DNA of 33,000 nucleotides from contig OZ365115.1 of the NCBI GenBank assembly GCA_977030845.1, forward strand, positions 3,317,001 through 3,350,000, read 5' to 3'. This document shows, piece by piece, positions 1 to 10,802 of the stretch. The position numbers and the translations under genes were made by a program. Source of the stretch: Fimbriosthenelais zetlandica. Lineage: Eukaryota. The notes beneath the pieces were generated by a model. That model ran no database searches, had not been told where the DNA came from, and saw only the letters and a list, made by a program, of their open reading frames with translations. The stretch's first letter is position 1. Each line of letters begins with the position of its first letter.

Positions 1-1329
1 TCATGGAAACAGGGTCAAGAACCTACATTCACCAATCAGTGTCCAATCAGGGGACTTGTTAGAGCTGACAAGAGTCGGCAGAATCATGGTTAGATCACAT
101 AGAATCATGACCAGGCCGTCATTAGATCATGATTTCTAATGCTGGTTTAATGAAGACCATTGGAGTAAAGTGGAGGGGATGTTTAAAGAAAATCTGTTGT
201 CATTAGATCACAGGCAGATCATTTTGAATGCTGCATGTTTTTTCTTGAAGCAAGCCCCGAGAAGGGATGGAATTACAACTAAATGCCTGAAGTAGCTTCA
301 CTTTTTGGGGAATTTAAAACTGGAACTGGAAAATTTTAATGGGGTTAATATTTTGTGTAACATCAGTGAGAAATTGGTCGGAACGAGTATGGCACACGTT
401 GTCTGCAGAAAATCCTTATATTATATCTAATGAGTTCTGTTCAGATATCCTTCTTTGTCATTGCAGGATTGTATATATCCCCTCATTCATTTTTGATTGT
501 GCCTCACTCATTCAGTTTACCATTCTTGGTCATTCATTCCGTCATTCATTTGCTTATTCATTGCATCGTTGACACCTGCTTTCATTAATGACTTATTTAC
601 ATACATGATCAAAGACATGCTAATCACGGGTGAAACATGCATGGCCCTCCTACTAATCCCCCACTAACGTATGGATGGGAGAGGGCCCTTATCTGGGTAA
701 TAAGGCCCTTTCACAAGGCCCTTCCACTGGCCCTCACTCTGACAATACAACCACAACGCCCTCACACCACATCCATCAAGATCAGGAGGTGCCCCCTTCA
801 CAGCTTCACCCCTGGCTAGGGGCTCCTGGTCTTGTTGGTTCTCCGCCCTGTTTTATCACAATCCGCTCTGCCTGTGTAAACTTGGTTGGTTTTTAGTGGA
901 GGGAACAAGGACCAGGACTAGAATGGAATGGTTAAAGATGCCAGGATGGACAATGTTTCATGATAGAAGGGTTAAACTATTCATGTAGTATGCTGTCATT
1001 ATATCTTACACATCAGATATCAGCTATCCCTATTTTGTTTAGATTTTGGCTAACCAAACAATCAACCGATAGGAACAAGATTTTTCATTTTGACATTATG
1101 AATCATACATGGGATCATGGCATTTTCTTACTATAGCCACTTGATTTTTCAATCGATTCCAACTGCACATTCCAATTAAATGATATTTTAACTGTCACTG
1201 GTCATGATATGGACCATAGGCTTACTTTATTGAAAATGGTAGTGTTCCTAGGTTTTACAACGACCAAAGGCAATTACAACGCAACAAGTAGGAGACATGC
1301 TGCGCAAGACGGTTTCTCTACTTGAACGG

Positions 1330-1647
1330 CAGCAATGGTTTTTTGACATGCCTCTCACTGCAGGCAGTGGGGACATGGCCTTGTACAGACCTCTCATTAG
1401 AGGCAGTGAGAGACATGTACCTGGATTTTAAGGGCGCAGTATTGGTGAAGGACAATGACAATATTCCCCTGAAGAAGACCAACTCGGTCGAAACATTTAG
1501 GGATAACCCTTCTACTGTCATCAGATATTTTCCAGCTGATGTGCACTTAAGAAGTTCCTCCTTATGTTCAAAAATTGTACAATGCTTGGGGAATTGAACC
1601 CGGGACCTCCAGCATTCAAGTCCAGCATTCTACCACTAAAGCCATGG
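1330..1647 (-). mobile_element. tRNA-derived SINE, decayed near-full-length copy
   Basis: Minus strand 1647-1588 reads CCATGGCTTTAGTGGTAGAATGCTGGACTTGAATGCTGGAGGTCCCGGGTTCAATTCCCC (A-box TGGCTTTAGTGG, B-box GGTTCAATTCC; anticodon stem does not pair). It is followed by CAAGCATTGTACAATTT...AGTGC...CTGGAAAATATC, similar to the copy at 17.0-17.2 kb, and by degenerate 44-bp tail units near 1355-1420. Confidence 0.7.
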
Positions 1648-2299
1648 TCTGTGTCTAGAGATGGAGACACTACTACACATGGAAATTTGGCCAGCATTCA
1701 GCCTACCCAAACACGACCAAGCTTATAGTTCCCCGCTCCCCATCCACCCATCATGTATAAATCATAAGCCATTGACATCTTGTATCGGATTGAGGTTGTC
1801 ATAGCAACCTTTGTATTGAGCCCATTGGGTGTCCTTGAATCTCGAGGTAATTGTGCCACGGGCGTAGTTTGAACCACTTTATGTCATATTGCATGGATTA
1901 TTTCATCTCACAGTTCTAATTTAATATCCCAGTGGGTCTGGATCTTGTTCATTTCAGGAGATTTCTAATAATGAGCCTACAATGCTTGTTCATGGTATAT
2001 GAAGGATCTGTTAATTATGAAGGAACAATTGTCATCGGGATGTATAGATTACACAGGGGGAGCTTACTTAGTGGTTCAAGTACCAGCTCCTTCAGGCTAG
2101 CAATGATTGAAGGCTTTGTGATTACATTTTCTGTCTATTCAACTGATTAAATATATGAATATTAAGTCAATAATTGTTCCCTTGTTCCTTACGTTCCTGC
2201 AAAAGAGTGAATATTTTGTTTATTTGAAATTTATCAGCTATTTTCAGGATGAGAAGGAAACCAGGTATCACCATACAATGGCCTGCTCTTCTAGAATAA

Positions 2300-2577
2300 G
2301 GGCAATGGTTCGTATCTCTCAGCATAAAGAGTGGGAGACATGACTGGCTTTTTACATGCCTCTCACCATAGACAGAAGGAGACATGACTGGCTTTTTACA
2401 TGCCTCTCACCATAGACAGAAGGAGACATGACTGGCTTTTTACATGCCTCTCACCATAGACAGAAGGGGACATGACTGGCTTATACATGCCTCTCACCAT
2501 AGACATTGGGAGACATGACTGGCCTTTAACATGCCTCTCACCACAGACAGTAGGAGACATGACAGTCCTTTGATATG
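2300..2577 (-). mobile_element. 5'-truncated SINE tail: 5.5 copies of a 44-bp minisatellite
   Basis: Unit GGAGACATGACTGGCTTTTTACATGCCTCTCACCATAGACAGAA starts at 2334, 2378, 2422, 2466, 2510 and 2554 (partial). It ends in CCTTTGATAT, the junction that leads into the SINE core at 10146 and 17049. Confidence 0.8.
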
Positions 2578-2741
2578 GACCTAGTTTATTTACATAATGC
2601 ATTACAGCCCACATTCCACATGACAATCTCCTTGATAATAAAATCCATTTTTGTGACCCAAGTCCACAGAGGCACTGTTCCTAATCCTTGTATACCAAGC
2701 GTTGCATGGCACCGCCGACAAACTGATCTATGTGATAGATT

Positions 2742-2905
2742 TGACGTCAATATTTGAGTTTATTTAAGGTTTGAGTGTCCGTCACGTGATCAATGGGCGG
2801 CCATTGTCCTCAATAAGCCACGTGATAACCACGTGATCTAGGTGGGATCTGGTCGTGAGGGAAGCACGTGAGGTGAATAGGCTGACAATAGGTTACCATG
2901 GCAAT
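2742..2905. promoter_or_regulatory. Putative enhancer/promoter: CRE + four CACGTGA E-boxes + X-box-like site
   Basis: TGACGTCA 2742-2749; CACGTG at 2783, 2819, 2830 and 2865, each followed by A; GTTACCATGGCAAT 2892-2905. Confidence 0.55.
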
Positions 2906-3036
2906 ACCTGACATTGTTAAATACTCATCACAAAGGGTTAGCAAATACATAACACCTTCAGGAAAACTATAGACCTTAAATATATTTTTAATAAGGAATT
3001 AATCACTGAGAGAGTAAAGCCTTTATATTGCTTTGG

Positions 3037-3240
3037 AGACCTGATGGCTCAGGATTCAAATCTTGAATCTTGTCTGCAGTCGGGAGCTACTGTACACTAT
3101 AAGACCTGATGGCTCAGGATTCAAATCTTGAATCTTGTCTGCAGTCGGGAGCTACTGTACACTGTAAGACCTGATGGCTCAGGATTGAATTTTGAATCTT
3201 GTCTGCAGTCAGGAGCTACAGTACCGTACTGCACATAAGA
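3037..3240. repeat. Tandem repeat, 65-bp unit x3
   Basis: AGACCTGATGGCTCAGGATTCAAATCTTGAATCTTGTCTGCAGTCGGGAGCTACTGTACACTATA starts at 3037, 3102 and 3167; the third copy is diverged. Confidence 0.9.
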
Positions 3241-3611
3241 TCTGCTTTGTGATAGCAATTCAGTAGCATTCAAATTCAATTGTTGGGCTCCACACATTAT
3301 CAAAGTCCATTTTGAGTATGAATTGTGAGGCTGTGGGAGCTGATAGTGTGCGGTGGGGGCTAAAACAAAGAGATCGTCCTAATAGACAGTGTAGGAGTGC
3401 CAGGAGCGAGGCCTCAACAAGTGGCGGAATGATCGGCCGCGGCACCTCCCCCACTAAAAACAACTCCTCCACATCGATGCAGTTTTAATGCTCTGGCTTT
3501 ATCCATCTCCCAGTGCCTGCTCCATTCAGAATTCTAGTCTTAAGAAGCGGAATTATTGCTGAAAATGTGGCTGGAGGGTTTTGTGGTGAGTGGGGGATGG
3601 ATGGCGTGCAA

Positions 3612-3780
3612 GGAGAGGGCTAGTGAATGGACAGAGGAGAGGGCTAGTGAATGAGCAGAGGACAGGGCTAGTGAACGAGCAGAGGAGAGGGCTAGTGAAT
3701 GGGTAGAGGGAGAGGGCTAGTGAATGGGCAGAGGGGGAGGGCTAGTGAATGGGCAGAGAGGGCTAGTTAATGGGCAGAGG
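3612..3780. repeat. Minisatellite, ~24-bp unit x7
   Basis: GGAGAGGGCTAGTGAATGGGCAGA-like units at 3612, 3636, 3660, 3684 and onward. Confidence 0.9.
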
Positions 3781-4497
3781 GAATTTATCAAGATTGAAGT
3801 CTGGTAATTCGAAAAGAAACAAAACATCCTCAGAATTCATGTTTTAAAAGGAGTATTTGATGGGATGCAATTAAAGCAATTACATAATTTCTGGGGTACT
3901 GGTATATCTGACAAATCTGCTACTGGTGTATCTGAAATTGGATTGGAATAATATACGATTTTTTTTATATGCTTCAAATGAGGCAATTCCCAGAATAAAA
4001 TGCAAGACTAAACGACATGAAACTTGTAGAAAGAGATTGTTTGTAGGCAAATGGGTTCAGGTGATTTCCAGAAAAAGGTACAAGATTGAAGTTGTAATAT
4101 GAAGGTTGTTGTTGGTCGAGGCCTATTAGTCAGAGTATGAGTGTAGTACGCTATTCCACAAGGAGTTCCTCACATGAACTATATGACGTTATTTTAGATA
4201 AACAAAAACTTGGGAGGTGGAGTGGATCTGGCAGATTTCAGTAGAGAATTACCCCCTCTTCACGGGAGACCACGCCCCATTTCTCCCCGCCTGTCACTCA
4301 TTCCCCCATCCCGGGTGTTTCACAATCCCATCTGGGCCATCCTAGAGTCTAAATATAGCACTTCCTGTGATAGTGCACTAGCATCACTCCTACCACCTCA
4401 CAATGTGGCGACTATGTTTCTTTTTAACAAATAAAAGTTGATATAGTTTACTTACACTGTCTACTTTAATATTTATAATTTAAATTCAGGGCTAGAG

Positions 4498-4745
4498 GAA
4501 AACCGTCTTGCTGATATCACGTTTTTTTTCTACGAAAACAAAACATGAATCGGAAAACAAATCATATTCTCTCATTAACTTTAAGAAAATTATAGTATCT
4601 ATTAAGGCTAGAGATTGCATTGTCAAGAGACAGAAAACCGTCTTGCTGATATAACGGTTTTGCTTCATACGAAAATAAATCATGGATTTGGAAAACAAAC
4701 CATATTACCGTGTTAACTTTAAGGACATTATAGTATCTATTAATA
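4498..4745. repeat. Diverged direct repeat, ~135-bp period x2
   Basis: GAAAACCGTCTTGCTGATAT...TTAACTTTAAG..ATTATAGTATCTATTAA starts at 4498 and 4633. Confidence 0.8.
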
Positions 4746-5500
4746 CCGTTATGGTATTCATATATCTACCAAAATACACGTGTTTAGAGCCACAAGCGTC
4801 TGATCCAGTATCTAGTACAATCATTTACACCACGTGTTACATATTTGTCCATTTCATCACAGCTATATTTAACCTCTATATGTATCCATGTTAGCCTTGT
4901 TTACTTCCTACACTCACTATTGGCTCTGATATACGGCTCTCTCTAGCTCCTGATATATTTATAGCACGTTATATATTTGTAGATTTCGTCATATCTTTAT
5001 TTAGCTCAGCCTAGGTATATACAGCCCATAGCCCTTGTTTCCCCCATAAGCTATATGGAAGATAATATGGCACCATCATGCTGGGCTGCATAAGTACAGA
5101 TTATATTTGTAGATTACATCATTCAACTTGAAGAATATCACATAGACACGGGCATAATGGCCTGAAAATACATTGTATAAATGGTATTGATATAAAAGGC
5201 TTATTAAACTTAAAATACAGATGTACCTATACCCCTGAACCCCTGTTTACTGGATCAACCCTAGACTGGGTATATCTGGTAGGCATGCCCGGATAGCATT
5301 ATAGCACGTGTTATGTATTTGTAGGTTTAATGAAGCTGAGTTGGCATATAGTGGACCTAGTTATATACTGTCAGTATATATCACAGCTACTAATGGTGCT
5401 ACTTTACCCTGCTATAAGATCTACCTATACGCCACTACTGCGAGTACCAACAACATTCTGTTAACAGGTCCAAACTAACTTTTTGTGTGTTGCCTTTTAG

Positions 5501-5791
5501 CAGTGGTTTTCTGCATTACCAGAACGCCGTCTGTTTGCTGGTGGGCGGGGGAGTTTTCTTTGTTGCTTTCTTTGTTTGTATATCTTGGTGATTTTGGTCG
5601 TAATCTCCCTGAAATCGTTAGTTACTCCCCAAGAGAAATTTCCAATGTTTATAGCTTCTAAGCCTAAAAAGGCCCTCAAATACATCTCCGAAAAGAACCA
5701 ACTTTTAGGTCGAATAGAGCAAGTTAGGAAAGTCTTAATTCAATGTACCTTAGACAATAGAGAATCAAGCAATTCAAGTTGTGAATTTCAG
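5501..5791 (+). CDS. Candidate coding exon with one hydrophobic segment (possible membrane anchor); product unknown
   Basis: A CTAAC branch-like site, T-rich tract and TTTTAG|CAG acceptor are followed by 97 open codons (QWFSALPERR...FLCCFLCLYILVILVVISL...SSCEFQ) and a CAG|GCAAGT (GC-type) donor. No homology recognised. Confidence 0.35.
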
Positions 5792-6424
5792 GCAAGTTCC
5801 TCCATTGTCATTCAAATGCCTGAAATGAGGCAATAGCCCGAAAAATGGCTTCAATTACAAATGGCTCAATCTGGTATTTCAATTGGCATTTCGGTTAGCT
5901 TTGAACATATTCCCTGGTTTTACCCTGAACTTCCTCGTCCAAATATTACCAAAATGGTCATAACCAAGACAAGATGGCTGACAATGTATTGGAGACTGTC
6001 AGTGAAAGGCTTGCTGATACAATCCTGGGCTTAGCTTGTAGACAAGCGTTAATCCTCTAACATTTGTATGCATTGATAGTTGCCATGGATATTCATGGAC
6101 GTTAGGGATTTACAGATCTGGTCGTCAGATCAGTGGATGGATCTGCTACCATTCTATATCCACCATTACATATTACTGTATACAAAGCTTTAACACAGGA
6201 ATTTAACACATTCCACACTTGTAGGCTTAACTCCAACCTGGCATTGCTAACCCTGACAATTCAGAATATCGCTGAAAACACTCAATAGATTCACCAAAGA
6301 TTGAGGGGTTAAAATGGTATATTTGGGCACTTATTTAAAAAATGCAACGTTTTTTTTAAATTGGGATTTCTTTCCTTGAACAATGGTGGTCAACAGGCAA
6401 TTGCCAGACAAATAGCTCATATAG

Positions 6425-6556
6425 CCCTCGTCCTTTCTCTTTTCTCTTTCTCTCTCTTTCTCTCCCTCTCTCTCTCTCTCTTTGTCTTTGTCGCCCTCTC
6501 TCTCTCTCTTTCTCTCTGCATGTTTCTCTATAGCATTCTCTCTCTGGTTCTCTCAG
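6425..6556. repeat. (CT)n-rich microsatellite / polypyrimidine tract
   Basis: Interrupted (TC)n run ending in a TCTCAG acceptor-like site. Confidence 0.9.
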
Positions 6557-6721
6557 TGTCTTCATGGAAACACCATGGAATCTCTTCACAAAGTGGTTGC
6601 AGACATGTACAGCAATATAACCAAGCTACACAAATCAGGCCGGACGATAAAACCCATGTTTCAACAAGTTCCCTTTCCTTCCCCTCGCCACAAGAACGTA
6701 TTATGGAAACCCTGGAACGAA
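6557..6721 (+). CDS. Candidate coding exon, phase 0-0; product unknown
   Basis: Acceptor CTCTCAG|TGT after a long pyrimidine tract; 55 open codons CLHGNTMESLHKVVADMYSNITKLHKSGRTIKPMFQQVPFPSPRHKNVLWKPWNE; moderate donor GAA|GTGACA (otherwise stop at 6764-6766). In phase with 5501-5791. Confidence 0.3.
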
Positions 6722-6785
6722 GTGACACTAGAATGTGATGCTAGGCTCGTCCCTAAACATCATTGAAAATGTGGTAAACATTACA

Positions 6786-6874
6786 ACCGGAAGTGATACT
6801 GACATGGGATGGAAGGGGGGAACCCCGTAGCCGGGCACGTGTTCCCCCTGCAAATAGACGTGTTACTTAGCAAC
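6786..6874. promoter_or_regulatory. Motif cluster: ETS, E-box, RFX X-box
   Basis: ACCGGAAGTG 6786-6795; CACGTG 6836-6841; GTTACTTAGCAAC 6862-6874. Confidence 0.4.
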
Positions 6875-7121
6875 GTGCTACGGCAATGTGAATGGGATTA
6901 TGGGAAGGCTAGGGGCTGTCCTCTCTTGCTCTTCACTTATTATCGCCCGGTGGAAAATGCATATCTATACAGTAAAACCTCCAAACTGAACACAGAATAC
7001 CTCAATGTACAGTACACTTTCCACGGTCATAATTCTTGAGGAGTTTCAAGTCACAATTCTTGAAGTTCCCTCTGAGAAGTGAACATGCATGGATGTAGGC
7101 AAAGACGAAAACACGCTGCAA

Positions 7122-7286
7122 AAATAGGGGACAGAAATGGTGGCAAATAGAGGACAAAAATGGTGGCAAATAGGGGACAGAAATGGTCGCACTTGGGGGA
7201 CAGAATTGGTGGCAAATAGGGTACAGAAATGGTAGCAAATAGAGGATAGAAATGGTGTCAAATAGAGGATAGAAATGGTGGCAAAG
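7122..7286. repeat. Minisatellite, 23-bp unit x~7
   Basis: AAATAGGGGACAGAAATGGTGGC repeated with substitutions. Confidence 0.9.
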
Positions 7287-8997
7287 AAACGATCGAAGCA
7301 AACCCATGTCATTTTGCTTGCAAACATGGTTACAATGGTTGCAAAAGTACCAGTTAAAATCCATATTTTTCAATCGTTTATGCACTGCAAAAACGGTGTC
7401 CACTGCTTTGTATGTAAAGACTTTCTATCGGTTCCAATGGTGTTCATAATACAGAGGTTTTACCATACATGCCGGAGACTGTAGAATGCATTGAGTGTAG
7501 TTGGTGCGGTGGATGTAAAGGGAAGGTGAAGACATTGAGTTACTTAGCGTGCACCAATAGCAGACAAACAGAATACAAACGATACCCAGCGTTACAAGGC
7601 TCGCTGGTTCTATGTTTATACATACTAACGATCCGTAGTCTCTGTATTCACCACTGAGGTATTAAAATAATGAGCCCCAAGGTTAAAGAATACGAATGAA
7701 ATAAGTAGTTTAAAATCACTGGAGGAAAAATCACCTGGAACGAATAAAATAGGTCAACATAGTCCATATGAAAAGTTTCAAATGGCAATGGTAATTTGGA
7801 AAACGAGATAATGGCACGATTTGTTATCTTGAATGCCAATTTATATCAACATAGATAGGCTGCAATACTTCACATTTATTAACTTAAGCTATAGGTAAAA
7901 CCTATTTCTGACTTTTCAAATGTTTGAAATGCCATTTCGGATTCATCCCGCAATAAGCCATAAACAAAATTCCAGTATTTTAGGAGCATATATTTTTTGC
8001 AGACATGTTCCAAAATCCCCCTTACTGATTGCTAAGATGTCTATTGGTCATTGAGGTTTATGTATGGGGGTATGGTATTACCTCTTGTATGAATCTAGGC
8101 CATGGAGCTGGCTGAGCCACCATTAGAATTCAGATCTTGTCAGAAATCAAGGAAAAGCTTAGTCAGGCTAAGCTTCCTTGATGCTCCAATTTACCTGTCC
8201 GTCCTGACATGGGGGAAAGTAGGTAAGTAGTTTCCAAAACTGGGGGCGGGGGGGAGAGGGGAGGGAGATGGGGTGAACTGGGGGAGTCGGGAGGGACACT
8301 GGGGTGGAGGGGGATGGAGGAGAGTGGAATCCATCACAAATCAAAAGAAGTGTTCTTTTGTATCACTTATCCAATATCAGGTTTGCATGTTTTGTAAATT
8401 AGCTCCATATGTTTGCTATAAGAGAGCATTTTTTATTATATATTTACGTAGCTTTTCTACTCGCATTTTAATGTTGAAACAAACTGCCTGTAAGGAAGTC
8501 TATGGCTTATTTTCAATGCAATATCTTATTGCTAAATACATCCTAATTAATTGGTAAATATATCTGAAATCCGAGTTGATTTTTTGCATAAAATGAAAAA
8601 GAACATCATCAAATCATCAGACTTTTTGTTAAACAGTTCCAAACAAAGCTTTTAAGCTGAAAGGAAATTCAATCAAGTGATCGATCATTTCGTCACCCAA
8701 GAAACCAACAGCATCCTAACGTGGAATTCCATCAACAATCCGACGATTTTTTTTTTATTTTTAGTAATCACATCACATTTTATAAGGGGTTGTATAAAAT
8801 AAAATAAGACTGCACTAATACGAAATGCAACTGTTGCATATTGGAATGTATCTGAGCACTCAAGGGCAAAACCAAATGAGGACGAACTAGAACTGAGTAT
8901 AGACGGAGGGGAGGGATGGAAGGTGGAACGCAGCACAGCACAACAAACTGTTTTCTACAATTTGAAAATCTGCTGATTTCTCAGTTTCTCAGTTTAC

Positions 8998-9195
8998 CTG
9001 CACAGTTTACAGTCGTCGTTGAAATGGCCAACTCTCACATGGGCCTTGTGAACGCGCCAAGTTGATCTTCTTTGAAAATGAAACATTTCCCAAAGGTGGT
9101 ATGCACGTTCTCTCCAAGAGTGGATGCTAGGTTGTGATGTAGAAAGGTTGTTGCTATGGGGACCATTGTATCTTAGATACTCATCAGTTGCGCGT
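8998..9195 (-). other. Candidate exon (198 nt, symmetric phase 2-2, one open frame)
   Basis: Minus strand CCCTCCCCTGCCTCATTTACTCAG|ACG...TGCAG|GTAAAC; open frame RATDEYLRYNGPHSNNL...RVGHFNDDCKLC. No homology recognised. Confidence 0.35.
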
Positions 9196-9342
9196 CTGAG
9201 TAAATGAGGCAGGGGAGGGTTGGCAGGAGTATACCTTGAAGGTAAGGCACGGGAGCTGGAGCAGGGAAAGGAGGGGGAGAGCAGGGAGAGCAGGGGGAGG
9301 TCTTGGAGGAACCATTTGGCATCAAGCACCCTCCCTCCCACC

Positions 9343-9372
9343 TTCTCTCTCTCTCTCTCTCTCTCTCTGCCT
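9343..9372. repeat. (CT)n microsatellite
   Basis: Continuous CT dinucleotide run. Confidence 0.95.
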
Positions 9373-9912
9373 CTCAGCTCATCTCCACCACCGCACCTTG
9401 TGTCTATTGGATATATGGATTGCTAGGTTATCTTTGATGGTCTTTGCTAGTCAGGTGTCAGACACTAATTGGCTTACATGCCATTATGTCATGCAAGACA
9501 CCAAGTTGATGCATTTGTTCCTACTATATTTCATGTGCCCCAGCTGCAGTACTTTTTAACTCCATGTGCATCAATGCAATGCATCAAAAGGAACTTGTTT
9601 GAAAAGTTGCTGAAACAACACCAATTGCCTCAGTGGAATAGGCGTTTTAGAATTAATATATTAGAGCAAATGATGTTGCACCAATTTGACAAATAGTGCC
9701 AGAAGTGGTTAGGGTGTGGGTGGCAGGGTGGAGGGGTGTAGGGGTGAGTTGTACCTGAAATCAGAGCAATTCCCCCGAGCAGCTCACCCCAGCTTTCAGG
9801 TCATGACCCATTTATTTGACCTCTTTACATGACCTATTTAAATGACGTGTTTAGGTGAAATCTTACAGTGAAATTCAGCGCCGATCAATCACCCATGATC
9901 GGTAGAACAACT

Positions 9913-10240
9913 GGGCAATGGACATGGCTGTCCTTTTATATGCCTCTCACCATAGACAGTACATGGAGACATGGCTGGCCTTTTACATGTCTTTCACCAC
10001 AGACAGTGGGAGACATGGCTGGCCTTATACATGCATCTCACCACAGACTGTGGGAGACATGGCTGGCCTTTTACATGCCTCTCACCACAGACTGTGGGAG
10101 ACATGGCTGTCCTTTTACTTTCCTCTCACCACAGACAGGGGAGATCCCTTGATATTCCAGTTAGCAGCACTGATTTGGAGAGATTGGGTCTAGCCTCTTT
10201 CACTGGCTGGAGACAATGGCAAATTTAGAGAATACTGTTG
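9913..10240 (-). mobile_element. tRNA-derived SINE, head truncated, with 5 tail repeats
   Basis: Five GGAGACATGGCTGGCCTTTTACATGCCTCTCACCACAGAC(A/T)GTG units (~9921-10145), then core CCTTGATATTCCAGTTAGCAGCACTGATTTGG...GACAATGGCAAATTTAGAGAATAC, breaking off at GGGGAATGAA (edge of the B-box). Confidence 0.8.
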
Positions 10241-10313
10241 GGGAATGAATGAGTGATTAGTTAGAGATGTTTACGGGTTATGGAGCTGGCTGTGAGGGTG
10301 ATAAGAGGTGTGA

Positions 10314-10434
10314 ATACCACTATATAGTGGAGGTATAGTAATATACCTCTCACATACCACTATAGTGGAGGTATATAGTAATATACCTCTCACACTCATA
10401 ATGTGCAGACAGCCATAATGTGCAGACAGCCATA
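10314..10434. repeat. Two adjacent short tandem duplications (40 bp x2, 17 bp x2)
   Basis: ATACCACTA(TA)TAGTGGAGGTA(TA)TAGTAATATACCTCTCAC at 10314 and 10354; CATAATGTGCAGACAGC x2 from 10397. Confidence 0.85.
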
Positions 10435-10737
10435 ACACCAGCCAATGGTCCACTACACTATACAGCTTAATCTCCTACTAACATTCCCCTGTTAGATTAT
10501 ATGCATAAAGTAGTCGCCTTTACTGAATTCACACTCACCAACGATATTTACACATCTTTAAGACATGAACTTTGACAGGACCTGAGAACCTGATGTTAGG
10601 TCTTTTGCCTATGGAGCATTAAAATGTCAAACAACTTTCTTTAATAAAATTAGAACAAAAAATGTTCTGTTACACATTACTAGGATATTTTCCTACACAG
10701 CCAGATCGGTTGAAAAAGTACTTTCCTACATACTTAC

Positions 10738-10802
10738 TCATTAACCAACTGGTTAATTTGACTTTAGAGTACCAGAGGGTGTCACTCGAGAACATAACTC
10801 AC
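10738..10802 (-). other. Candidate exon (65 nt), stops in all three frames
   Basis: Minus strand TTTCATCAATATTTTTCAG|GTGAG...AATGA|GTAAGTA: strong acceptor and donor. Confidence 0.3.

Noticed and set aside
1588-1647. Possible functional tRNA gene (Gln/Ser-like)
   Set aside because: The anticodon and acceptor stems do not pair, and it continues into SINE body sequence, so it is a SINE head.
7469-7657. CxxCxxCxxC ORF suggesting an Fe-S or zinc-binding motif
   Set aside because: The spacing does not match the ferredoxin CxxCxxCxxxC motif, splice support is weak, and there is no further homology.
9160-9190. Hammerhead-ribozyme-like motif on the minus strand (CTGATGA-GTATC-TAA-GATAC)
   Set aside because: The essential GAAA after stem II is absent (AATG instead), and no stems I/III with a cleavage triplet are apparent.
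9918-10228. Repetitive His/Trp-rich ORFs in all three frames (also 2167-2626)
   Set aside because: They are translations of the 44-bp SINE tail repeat; the period is not a multiple of 3.
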